This document shows positions 34,795 to 43,916 of a stretch of 43,916 bases of DNA, one piece after another (positions within the stretch are counted from its first letter, which is position 1; every line of letters begins with the position of its first letter). The translations under genes and the position numbers were made by a program. Under the pieces are notes generated by a model. That model saw only the letters and a program-made list of their open reading frames with translations, was not told where the DNA came from and did not search any database. The DNA is taken from positions 140,291 to 184,206 of the forward strand of contig NW_008246133.1 of NCBI RefSeq assembly GCF_000281045.1, in the 5' to 3' direction. This stretch comes from Saprolegnia diclina VS20 (taxonomy: Eukaryota).

Positions 34795-35508
34795 ATGTCC
34801 TCGCCCACCTCGTCTTCCCGGTCGTCCCGGTCGTCGTCGTCCATGAGCGAGCCGAGCCGCCGCTACTCGTTCGCCGACCAAACCCACTCGCGCAAGCTGA
34901 TGACAGAGGCGCTCGTCTTCTCATGGAACCACTTCCTCTGCCCGTCCACCGCCATTGCGCACGACCTGCAGTTTGCCAGCTACCACTCGAGCCGCCGCCT
35001 CGCGAGTCTGCACCGCGATTGCGCGCTTCTCGACCCAGCCATTGTCGCCACGCTTCTCGACGCGCGCCGCCTCGGCTACCTCTACGTCCTCGTCGAGTGC
35101 CCGCTCGACGACTTTCAAACGACGCTCGCGACCTTCTTTCCCAAGACGGCGGCGCTCATTCAGTGCGACGCAAGCCACATCCAGCTCGCGTGCGCGCTCA
35201 AGCCCGCGAGCCTCACGTTCACGTACGAGCATTTGCTCTACTCGATCTGCGCGAAATCGGCGCGGCTGCAGCAGTCGTCGATCTCGCTCACGGTCTTTGG
35301 GCCCGAAGAGCTGCGCCACGCGTGCCTCACGATCGCCCGCGCGCTGTCGACCGTCGTGCCCAAGGCCATTCGCACCGCGGGCGGCACACCGAGCTTTGCC
35401 CAAGTGCACGACCGGCTCGGCATGGTGCGCCAGCACCTCGAGGGCATCGTCCGCCGGGACGCGCCGAGTCTGCGCCCGACCGCCCGCCCGCGCACCGTGT
35501 GCCTCTAA
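34795..35508 (+). CDS. HAD-fold-like paralog 2, catalytic motifs degenerate; start uncertain
   Basis: EALVFSWNHFLCPS...LDPAIVATL..ARRLGYLYVLVE...FFPKT...LTVFGPEELRHAC...VPKAI, collinear with the other three paralogs. Confidence 0.8.
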   Translation: MSSPTSSSRSSRSSSSMSEPSRRYSFADQTHSRKLMTEALVFSWNHFLCPSTAIAHDLQFASYHSSRRLASLHRDCALLDPAIVATLLDARRLGYLYVLVECPLDDFQTTLATFFPKTAALIQCDASHIQLACALKPASLTFTYEHLLYSICAKSARLQQSSISLTVFGPEELRHACLTIARALSTVVPKAIRTAGGTPSFAQVHDRLGMVRQHLEGIVRRDAPSLRPTARPRTVCL

Positions 35509-36478
35509 GCGCCGTTTTCTTGTCGTCCGTGTCATTCGTGTCGTGCTGTACATTCTACTATTTAACGTTGGTCAATATGTCTACTATTGCTGTGTTTCCA
35601 CTGCGTTTTTGAAGGAGTACCGTTTCATGATATTTGGCGACAGACCCAAAGACAAGACGACAATTTCACGGAACGACCAACGACGGCGCCAGCGACGATC
35701 GAAGCCATCAGTCCGTGTGCGCCAAATAAGTGAGCTTGGGTGATGGGGCGTCTCTGGCACCTCGTCTTTCCTTCATTGCAACGACTACATACCAGAGCTC
35801 AGGGAGTTGCCCAAGATGTCCACAGGATTACATCCCACCAACGAGTCGAGCGACTAATGCACGCGATCATCGTTGTTTTAGTACAGTGTACTAGAGAACG
35901 GGCAAGCGTTTGCAGGAGGCTTCAGCGGCCTCCGTGTCGCAGCGCAATACTTCGGCTCGATGTTCGATGCTCGAGCTGGACACGACGCCACACCGTGGTC
36001 GTCTTGTTACAGTGGAAATTACAGTGGAATTTTCATATGCAATCGCAAGATCTGTGCCAACTTGCCTCGGCGGTCGTCGTCACCAGTGGCTCGTAGTAGC
36101 GACGGTGGACTACACCGCCCAAAGGTGTTGCCCGTGACGTGCGGCGGAGGAGGAGCCTCATCCTTGCGTGCGCTGCCCGTCGCATGCGGGCATGCCACGC
36201 TGTTTTGAGGGAGTGGTCCTAGCCTGTACTCACGTCAAGGCCACAAGGCGGCAGAAGAAATGCGCAGGGTCGCTGTGGCACTGCACTCATTCGTCGTCTC
36301 GGTACTTCATACTAGACTACTCGGCGCATCGCTTCAGCAGAGGCATTTGCAGCAACGACAGTGGAGAGCACCCAACAAAGCCAGCGCGCTACTGCCCACC
36401 GCCCACTGCCTTGTGGCTTCCTACAGTACCTACTCCGTGACTGCCTCGCATGCCAGTCGCGAATTGCCATCGTCGTGT

Positions 36479-37117
36479 ATGCAACGCACGTCCTCGTTGT
36501 ACGCCGGGCCCGACGTCGTCGAAGCACTCGTGTTCTCGTGGTCGACATTTTGCAGCCCCATGAGCTGGCTAAGTACCACGAGTGAGCACCGGTTTCCGTT
36601 CATGAGCATCGCACGCAGTGCGTGCAAGGTGATGGACCGATGCGTCGCCGACGTCCTGACCCACGCGTCGCGCCTCGGCCACGTCTTCTTGGCCGTCGAA
36701 GACACTCCGGACGCCTTTGCCTTGGAGCTCAATGCGCATTTCCCGCACACGTCGCGGCTTCTCGAGCGATATGCACCGGCCATGGTCTTCAAGGCACCAC
36801 AGGCGTCGACCGACGACATGTACGACGCGATGTTGCGCGAGATCGTCGCCCAAGCCCGCGCGGTGCGGACGCAGTGCACGGTCGCGCTGACCGTCTTTGG
36901 GCCCGACGCGCTGCGCGCGGCGTGTCATCGTGTCGCTAAGCGTCTCACGGCCGTCTTGCCCAAAGCCATCTACACGATGTCGACCGCCACGTCCACCGCA
37001 AGCATGGAAGCCCGACTGCGGCAGGTCGACGTGCATCTGGATATGATTGTACGACACGCGACACCGCTTGACCTCTCGATCGCAACCCCGCTGCCACCTG
37101 TCTGCGTCGACCTGTAA
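36479..37117 (+). CDS. HAD-fold-like paralog 3, catalytic motifs degenerate
   Basis: EALVFSWSTFCSPMSWL...MDRCVADVLTHASRLGHVFLAVED...HFPHT...LTVFGPDALRAAC...LPKAI. Confidence 0.8.
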   Translation: MQRTSSLYAGPDVVEALVFSWSTFCSPMSWLSTTSEHRFPFMSIARSACKVMDRCVADVLTHASRLGHVFLAVEDTPDAFALELNAHFPHTSRLLERYAPAMVFKAPQASTDDMYDAMLREIVAQARAVRTQCTVALTVFGPDALRAACHRVAKRLTAVLPKAIYTMSTATSTASMEARLRQVDVHLDMIVRHATPLDLSIATPLPPVCVDL

Positions 37118-37394
37118 CCTACCTAATGTTATTCTCCTTAGACCAAGCCCTCGTTCTGGGTAATGTCCACTGGACCATTTCCTCCTCTTCAGCGTCTATG
37201 CCCGACCCACATTGCACGTGGCGCGCTCCTGACCCGACATTGCTTTCGCGCGCAGGTCAATGTGGAGGATGAAGGTCGTGGAGCCGATATTCTGAGTGAT
37301 TGTCACCGTCGTACAATACCAAAGTTAAATATTGACTTGGTGTTTGTATCCAAGATGGCGAAATGTTTTAAAACGACTGCAGATCTTATTTCGA

Positions 37395-37410
37395 GCTCAT
37401 TTTGAAATTG
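37395..37410 (+). promoter_or_regulatory. Candidate oomycete INR/FPR core promoter element
   Basis: gctcattttgaaattg lies about 20-35 nt upstream of ATG 37429 and resembles the oomycete transcription-start consensus GCTCATTYYNCAWTTT. Confidence 0.45.
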
Positions 37411-37428
37411 CACTTGTCCAGCTCAACC

Positions 37429-38088
37429 ATGTTGGCGTCGTCCTCAGTCTTTAGCGCGCAGCAGCGTCTGCCGCTCACGAGCTTTCCGCGCACGCCGATG
37501 CCGTTGACGTCGGTCCATATCGAGACCGCGCTGGTCTTCTCGTGGACCAGCTTTCTGTGCCCGACGGCGTGGATCCATGCCCAGGGGCTGCGCATGCCCC
37601 TTCCTCCCTCGCTCGCCCAAGCATTTGCCGAGCTTGACGCGGCCATCGCGGACGTGCTGCTTGAAGCTCAGGCCTACGGCACGGTGTTTGTGCTCGCCGA
37701 AGACAGCAGTGCGTACATCGAAGACCTCTGCAGCAATTTCTTTCCTCGGTGCGCGACGCTCTTTGCGACCCCGGCCCTCCAGAGCCGCATTCAACTGCTC
37801 TGCGCCGCGACCGAAGCCAACACGCAGTGGTACAGCCAGATGCTCCACTCGATCTGCACGACGTCGCCCGCCCTCCGCGGTTCGAGCGTCGTCCTAACGT
37901 GCTTTGGCCCGGATGCGCTCCGCGCCGCGTGCATCGAGAACGCAAAGCACTTGTCCATTTTGCCAAAGACGATCCGAAGCAACGTCGTGCAGCCGACGCC
38001 GGCGCAGGTGTTTGAGCAGCTCTGCCTTGTGCGCGCGCACCTCGTGGCCACCGTGACGCACCACTCGGCCATCGATGTGGTCGTGTAG
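37429..38088 (+). CDS. HAD-fold-like paralog 4, catalytic motifs degenerate
   Basis: ETALVFSWTSFLCPTAWI...LDAAIADVLLEAQAYGTVFVLAED...FFPRC...LTCFGPDALRAAC...LPKTI. Confidence 0.82.
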   Translation: MLASSSVFSAQQRLPLTSFPRTPMPLTSVHIETALVFSWTSFLCPTAWIHAQGLRMPLPPSLAQAFAELDAAIADVLLEAQAYGTVFVLAEDSSAYIEDLCSNFFPRCATLFATPALQSRIQLLCAATEANTQWYSQMLHSICTTSPALRGSSVVLTCFGPDALRAACIENAKHLSILPKTIRSNVVQPTPAQVFEQLCLVRAHLVATVTHHSAIDVVV

Positions 38089-38259
38089 CTTGAGAGAGCC
38101 CTCTATTTATGACTTCTTCATATTTGCATTGTTCTCCTCCCTGTAATAACCGCATGGCCAAGGGTGTTGGTATCGCAAGACACGAGTGTCCTCCATGAAA
38201 ACAATGTATTACGGGGCGATGACAACAAGCCAGAGTATACTACTAACTAGGTCGCTGGA

Positions 38260-38342
38260 GCACTCGATCAGATACAAAGGTTCTCTTCACGTAGATCAGA
38301 GAATGTAGATAAGTGATTTGGTGTGATCATCATACCGAGTGC
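38260..38342 (-). ncRNA. Box C/D snoRNA, U34/SNORD34/snR62-like, copy A
   Basis: On the minus strand: box C ATGATGA (38333-38327), guide CTTATCTACATT, D' CTGA (38299-38296), C' GTGAAGA and D CTGA (38271-38268), closed by a 7-bp terminal stem gcactcg/cgagtgc. Confidence 0.82.
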
Positions 38343-38377
38343 AAGAGCGTTGCGGCCACGACACGACGCAGCAGCGA

Positions 38378-38459
38378 GCTTTGGATCAGACTCAAAGGTT
38401 CTCTTCACGTAGATCAGAGAATGTAGATAAGTGATTTGATGGATCCTCATCTCCAAAGC
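38378..38459 (-). ncRNA. Box C/D snoRNA, U34/SNORD34/snR62-like, copy B
   Basis: On the minus strand: box C ATGAGGA (38450-38444), the same guide/D'/C' core as copy A, D CTGA (38389-38386), and an 8-bp terminal stem gctttgga/tccaaagc. Confidence 0.8.
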
Positions 38460-38636
38460 CACGCTGCTCGTGTCGTCGCCGCCTACAGGATCGTTTGCCA
38501 GATACAAGTACAAGGTCAAGTCGACAAGGTAGGTCAAGCAAGAATATCGTTCCGAGTGTTAGACAACACACCATACCGTCGTCGACGCACGACTGTCAAG
38601 GCGCAGCGTCAAAGGCGTCAAAGGCGACAAGTAAAT

Positions 38637-38870
38637 TTACTCGTCCTTCTTGGCGGCGACGTGCTTCTTGTTGTACTTCTTGGCGAAACGCTGGTTGCGC
38701 AAGAACTTGGGGTCAAGCTATAAGAAATCGCATCAGCTTATTGGGCGCCAAGAAGAGGAGCCACGTACGCCCTTGGTCGAGTGGTAGCGGTGCTTGTGCG
38801 GCTTGCGGATACCGTTCTTGTGGGCCTTGACGGTCTGGTTGCGGGCCGTGTGGTTCTTCTGCTTGACCAT
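38637..38870 (-). CDS. RPL29: 60S ribosomal protein L29 (eL29); intron 38718-38768
   Basis: [60 protein letters not shown], the classic eL29 signature. Confidence 0.96.
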
Positions 38871-39519
38871 GGTGTAGTTTTTAGCGAATAGCAAATGATG
38901 CAAAGTCAAAGTCGACTCGCGCAGACCATTGCGCGTTTGAGCCAACCAATTTTGCATTTCCTTTTTGACCAATCGCAATGCACTGCTTTTATATTATGCT
39001 CGTTTTGCGCGCTCCTTTCTTTTGTATTACCTATGCGTTGTATATTAGTGTACATAATAGTGGATTAAAAGACAAGCGTCTTTTTTTACCACAGCATGGC
39101 CAGTGGTGCGGTCCGGTCATCCGGATACGCTAGGCCGTGGGCTTGTCAGCAGCTACAAACACGCCATTATCAGTGTCGAGGGGCCCAGGCCTACGGCTGC
39201 CGAGGCAGCGACAGTCCAGAAAGGAGTCCACACGACGATACCATAGAGTGTGTACGCTATGTATGGAAGAAACGAAATGCAAGCGCGCCGGATGCCCCGA
39301 CGCAAAGCGAGGCACCGTTGTAAAGTTGCGTGGATTTAGTCGACGCATTGATGGGCATGGCGATCTTCGCGCAAAGGCTCGGCTTCCATGGCGGGTGCTC
39401 CGTGGCGTTGCTGCGGGACGCTGTTGGCATGACTGCTGCAACGCATGTGTGGAGTAAAAGGATGCTCATATGCGCGTTGGTGTGTGTGTATTGCAAAATT
39501 ATGTAATTCGAAATAAGTT

Positions 39520-40386
39520 CTATTTGGTCTTCTGCTTCTTTGCAGCCGGCTTCTTGGCGCCTTTGGTAACGGGCTTCTTGCCGCCCTTGGCCGCCGGTGC
39601 CTTCTTCTTCGTCTTTCTAGAAGACGCATCCTCGTCCGAGTCGAGCTCGACGTTCCAGTCGTCCGCATCGGCGGCTTCGTCGTCGTCCTTGTCCCAGTCC
39701 TTCATCTTGGCACCCATCATAAAGTCGTCCTGGACAACCGACCAGGTCGACGCCTCGGGCTTGGGTTCGTCCGTCGCCGGCTTCTTCGACGACTGCTTGA
39801 GCAAGCCAAGGAACGCATCCTTGTCCATGGACTTGATTTCTTTGGACTTGGTGTCGGCCGTGCCCGCCGTCGCATGCTGGTGCTTGGCAATCGCGTTGAA
39901 GAGCGCAACGACACCCTTGGTCGCGATCGTGCGAAGGGCCTTGTCCTGGGCCATTGTGGCCACGCTAGGGATGACCATGTCCTTCTCATCGCGGAGGCGC
40001 TTGGCCTTGGCGCTGATCTTGGATTCGGTGGTCTCCTTCTTGTCCTTGGAGATCTCGCGCATCTGCGCCGTGATACGCTTGGCGAGAATCGGCGCCTTCT
40101 CCGTGTCAATGTTCTGGCCAAGGACCTTGCTCATGGCGTCGGCAAAGCCCACCGCGCCTTCGTCTTCTTCGTCGTCATCAATGTCGTTCTCTTCCATGTC
40201 GTCCGGCTCGTCCTCGCTCTCGTGGTCGGCGTCTACGTCGTTGTCGGCCGAGCCTTCATCCTCCGAGCCACTCTCGCCTTCGTCGGCCGAGGCGTCGCTG
40301 GCTGGCGCCGCTTCCGTCTTGGCCGGCGCGGCCAGCGTCACCTTGGCCGCAGCGGGCTTGTGCTTCGCCTTCATCGTCAACTTCAT
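39520..40386 (-). CDS. RRP15: RRP15-like ribosome biogenesis protein
   Basis: Acidic N-terminal region, then GFADAMSKVL, PILAKR, LRTIATKGVVALFNAI, KDAFLGLLK, WSVVQDDFMMGAKMKDWD and a Lys-rich tail. Confidence 0.88.
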   Translation of the reverse strand: MKLTMKAKHKPAAAKVTLAAPAKTEAAPASDASADEGESGSEDEGSADNDVDADHESEDEPDDMEENDIDDDEEDEGAVGFADAMSKVLGQNIDTEKAPILAKRITAQMREISKDKKETTESKISAKAKRLRDEKDMVIPSVATMAQDKALRTIATKGVVALFNAIAKHQHATAGTADTKSKEIKSMDKDAFLGLLKQSSKKPATDEPKPEASTWSVVQDDFMMGAKMKDWDKDDDEAADADDWNVELDSDEDASSRKTKKKAPAAKGGKKPVTKGAKKPAAKKQKTK

Positions 40387-42368
40387 CGCGTCGAGGATCC
40401 AAGATGAGTCCGCGGTGATTCGAGCAGCAGCAAGCAGCCAATGGTTGGTTATAACAGGAAAACCTCCCAAAAGACATACCTCGAAACGGCCACATCGAAG
40501 CAGCTAAATAGTGTTATACAGAGCACAGCACGCAATTACCGCATTGGCGGGCTTCCAGACCACGACTTAGAGCGCTCTCCAATACCCAGCTCAAGCTTAG
40601 ACCTGGCCAGGCCGTATATGACGCATCATATCGATGATCCATTCCATTCCCAGCTTATCGATGGTATGTACGAATATAGTGTGGTCGCGGTAGTTTTCAC
40701 GTTCGTATAGTGTATATCTGGACACAATAAGTACTGTGAAATGTTTGCAACCAGTTGATTGCTGGATACGATCGGTGCCTTCATACGCTGCCGGACTCGG
40801 AGCCATGAGCCACAAGTTTCGTACACGACGACGCGAGTACATGTGCGATGGGTTCTTCCTGGTGCTTTCGTGTCCTCCTTTGCGGCTCAGCACAACGGGC
40901 TCGTTTCAATATCCTCTAGAAACGTATATTTACACTGTATAGTGTTTGCAAAGGACTCGAAAACGACTGGTGGTTGCTCAGTTTGCATTTTGAGTTGTAG
41001 CGGTCCCGAGGATGACAGAATTCGATGACATCGTTCCGCTGTATAACTTGGGAGTGCGCCTCAGGCGCGCGGTGGCCGCTCGATCTTCTCTCTGAGGCAC
41101 CATCGATAGGATAGAATCAATAGGATCGATACTTGGATAGTCTAGATCGTGGCCATCGAGAGCTATGGAGACCCCAGTGTTTGTGATCTGGGTGGTTACG
41201 TCCGGTTGGTTTTCAACTGCGACTTGATTTTCTTCACCTCGGCGGCCAAACAAGAACGTCAGCGTCATAGTACGCGGGAGCTAGGCTTCAAGCCGCTACT
41301 ACCCCTCCCGTGTCTCCATCTGCTTCGACATGCTCTATATCCTCTCGCGTCGGTAGATATCTTATATTTCCGATACACTAAGCTATAAGAAGAAACGACC
41401 ATCTTATTGTACGTGCCAAGCAATCGTCAAAGACAGCACGGCGACAGACAAGTCGACATCGCAGGAACCAAGCGATACAACGATGATAAGCGGGGTGGGT
41501 TAGTAGACGTTTGTTCGGTGCGGCAAGGTGCTATACCGCTATTCTCAGGCACCGGCATCATCGATCACCTCGGGACCGTCCGATATGGTCGGCCCTTCTA
41601 CGCCTCGCGAAAGCTCGCAAAGAAAAGCTGCAACCGCGCCCTCGACGCCAAGTCTCTACAGACGTCGCGATCGGCTCATGCGGTTGTGTCCACAAGGGAA
41701 TTACCCTATGTCAGTACATTGCGTGCCACTACCAATCACGACCATTCGCTTGAAGCGCCGAAGATTCCACGCCATCAGGATACTAGAGATTTGCAAGTGG
41801 ATTTCACGTTCATATTCGGGCTCGAGCAAGGAGCGAGTGATCCAACGATCTCTCGTGTGCCCACCACTGCCCGACGGCCAACCACCTAGGAGTCAGAATA
41901 TCGAGCATCTTCGATGCAATAGCACACTTCGTACGCTTCAACGACCAAGCAAGATGTTGCTATGACACGGCTATGCTAACGTGAACGTGGCCATCTCGTC
42001 CATTTTCATGCAAGGCATCCAACCGTCCCACCACCAACGAATCTCCAAGGCAATCCGAGGTGTGGTACCTCGTCTCTCAGGCGGACCTTGGTTCGACCGG
42101 CCGCAGGACGTTGTCTTTAGTCGCACCCTCGACTACTACTTGTATATACTGTGACTACTACATGTACATATCGTAGACGCTATAAGTATATGGTTCAGCT
42201 TGAGAGCACGCCCAGGGTCGCCTGCGCGCGCGTTGTGCCAGTGTGATTGCGCCTTTCTGTCGAGATTATCGTGTACTTTGTAAGGTAATTTCACCACCAG
42301 CTGGCACCACCAGGCGAGAACGTTCGCCGTGTCTGCTGGTGTGTCATTCATTTCCAAACCCGTTGCCG

Positions 42369-43376
42369 ATGGTCGAACTCACGCTGCACCCGGGCGGGCC
42401 GACGACCGACGAGCTCCACCTCGCGCGGACGGCCTTCAAGGAGCTCATCGCGGCCGTCGAGACCGACTCGCCCATGCACTACCCGCCCGAGGTCGCGACC
42501 TTGACCGCAACGACGATGCTCAAGGCGTCGCTGCAGGACATCTGCGGCCTCTTCCATCGGGCGGCAACGAATGGCTTTGGCCTCCATACGACGCGCACCG
42601 AGCTGCTCCGGACGCTTCTGCCGCTCACTGAGCACTCGTTTGCGGGTAGCCGCTGGAGCCTCCTCCCGCTGCCGATCCCGCTTGTCCAGCGCCGCGATCT
42701 GCGCTACGTCGAGTACTTTGACACGTTCATCACGTCGCATGGCCGCGTCGGCTTTGCCCGCGCCTTGCACTCGATCGACGACGACGAGTGCATGCCCGTG
42801 CGCGGCTGCCTCCGCGCCAAGGTGCTTGCGTCCGGGTACGTCTTTCGCGAGTGCAGCGACGTGGCCGGCGCGTACACCGTGACGCTCGTGCTCAACGTCG
42901 ACTTTGGCGGCCACCTCCCGCAGTGGGCGATCAACGCAGGCTTGCAGTCGCGCGTCAAGCACATCTACACGCTCGAAAGCCTGTTGCGCACGTCGAAGCG
43001 GTCGTCGGCGCGGCCCCGCTGCGGCCATTGCAGTCGCCACTTTCGGTTCTTTCAAAAGCCACGTACCTGCAGCGCGTGCGGCGACGTCTTTTGCAAGCGC
43101 TGCTGCGACGAAAGCACGTGCACCGACTGCCGCGTCGCCGTCTACTCGCCGTCGTCGCTGCGGCCGTCGATGCTGGACGACACGATGTTTCGGTCCGCGG
43201 GCCGGAACCGCCTCGAGAGCTCGCGCAGTGCGTACAACTTGCACCGCGCTTTGGAAGCCGACCAGCTGCTCGGCGCCGAGCCGAGTAGCCTTCCGGAAGG
43301 CCGCCTCAAGGCGAGCAGCGTCGTCGACTTGTCCTACTTGTCGGACTTTGCGACCGAGCACGGGATTGACGTCTAG
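42369..43376 (+). CDS. START-like domain plus FYVE-type zinc finger protein (oomycete-expanded architecture), intronless
   Basis: START-like motifs PLVQRRDLRYVEYFD..GRVGFARALHSI..RA...SGYVFRE..VDFGGHLPQW, followed by CGHC...CSACGDVFCKRC...CTDC. Confidence 0.85.
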   Translation: MVELTLHPGGPTTDELHLARTAFKELIAAVETDSPMHYPPEVATLTATTMLKASLQDICGLFHRAATNGFGLHTTRTELLRTLLPLTEHSFAGSRWSLLPLPIPLVQRRDLRYVEYFDTFITSHGRVGFARALHSIDDDECMPVRGCLRAKVLASGYVFRECSDVAGAYTVTLVLNVDFGGHLPQWAINAGLQSRVKHIYTLESLLRTSKRSSARPRCGHCSRHFRFFQKPRTCSACGDVFCKRCCDESTCTDCRVAVYSPSSLRPSMLDDTMFRSAGRNRLESSRSAYNLHRALEADQLLGAEPSSLPEGRLKASSVVDLSYLSDFATEHGIDV

Positions 43377-43916
43377 CGCGTGTGGGCAGATCGATGTGGT
43401 CTTCGTTCTGTCAAAATAATGTAGTCAACAGTGTCGTGTCTTTTTGTGGACAACTTGTCTTTTGGCGCGTTGTTTGGCGAGATGAACGACGGTGTGTGGA
43501 CTCAAAGTCAGCACGTTCGTCTGCTGTGCGCACACGACACTGCTGCTTGGCTCATTTTAGCTTTGCCAAAGGATGGCATTGGACCAAAATTGGAGACAAG
43601 TTATTAAAAACCTCGCAACTCGCAAATCAAACAGTCCAAACACTTATTTCCTCTTGTAAAAGCGAATCCGATTCACAAATTACTCGAATGCGTTTTTTGC
43701 AAAAAAAATGAGAAAATTGCGAGGCTTTTTTTGAGAAATACTCCAACTCTGATGCCACCAACACAATAGGACTACCGACGTCGCGAGCGATCCAAGCTTG
43801 TTCGTCCTTAGTCACCGCGTCTTGCTGACAGGTCACTGCAACGTAATGCAGTGGCGATGTTAGGACGTTCTGACGTTCTGACCGCCCGTGAGACGAGGCG
43901 GCCGAGGGTACTGGTC

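Noticed and set aside
38266..38450. Direct repeat considered as a CRISPR array or LTR remnant
   Set aside because: Only two units, eukaryotic context, no cas or transposon ORF. It is fully explained by box C/D snoRNA architecture.
39470..40507. 345-aa + strand ORF, and similar long antisense ORFs such as 7179-7940, 27949-28608 and 42348-43361
   Set aside because: Shadow ORFs opposite GC3-rich genes, with no independent motifs.
40500..42360. Long spacer containing ORF 41407-41889
   Set aside because: No recognisable transposase, reverse transcriptase, terminal repeat or other domain signal by eye.

Overview
Eukaryotic, gene-dense genomic DNA with GC-rich exons and very short (42-63 nt) GT-AG introns. 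The gene families point to an oomycete, probably Saprolegniales (inference). Four N-gaps are present. Left to right: a secreted multi-Kazal protease inhibitor running off the left edge; a head-to-head pair of near-identical ammonium transporters; a tangled block of polycystin/PKD2-like channel genes interleaved with Kazal genes and relics; a 12-exon ankyrin-repeat gene; an Oma1-like M48 peptidase; a multi-TM/LRR protein; two tandem GH17 beta-1,3-glucan enzymes; a Pro-rich single-pass protein; four paralogous HAD-fold-like genes; a WRKY19-like Cys/His-repeat protein; a rhomboid protease; two tandem box C/D snoRNAs (U34/snR62-like); RPL29; RRP15; and a START-like/FYVE protein. The most notable observations are: (1) four HAD-like paralogs that all lack the catalytic motifs, one with an in-frame TAA; (2) a GH17 paralog with its acid/base Glu replaced by Ala next to an intact copy; (3) a snoRNA doublet behind RPL29; (4) an ankyrin gene in which all 11 introns are phase 0 at the same repeat position; (5) gene-conversion and intron gain/loss signatures between channel paralogs. 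Exon structures were derived by eye, and family calls come from motif recognition, not database searches.
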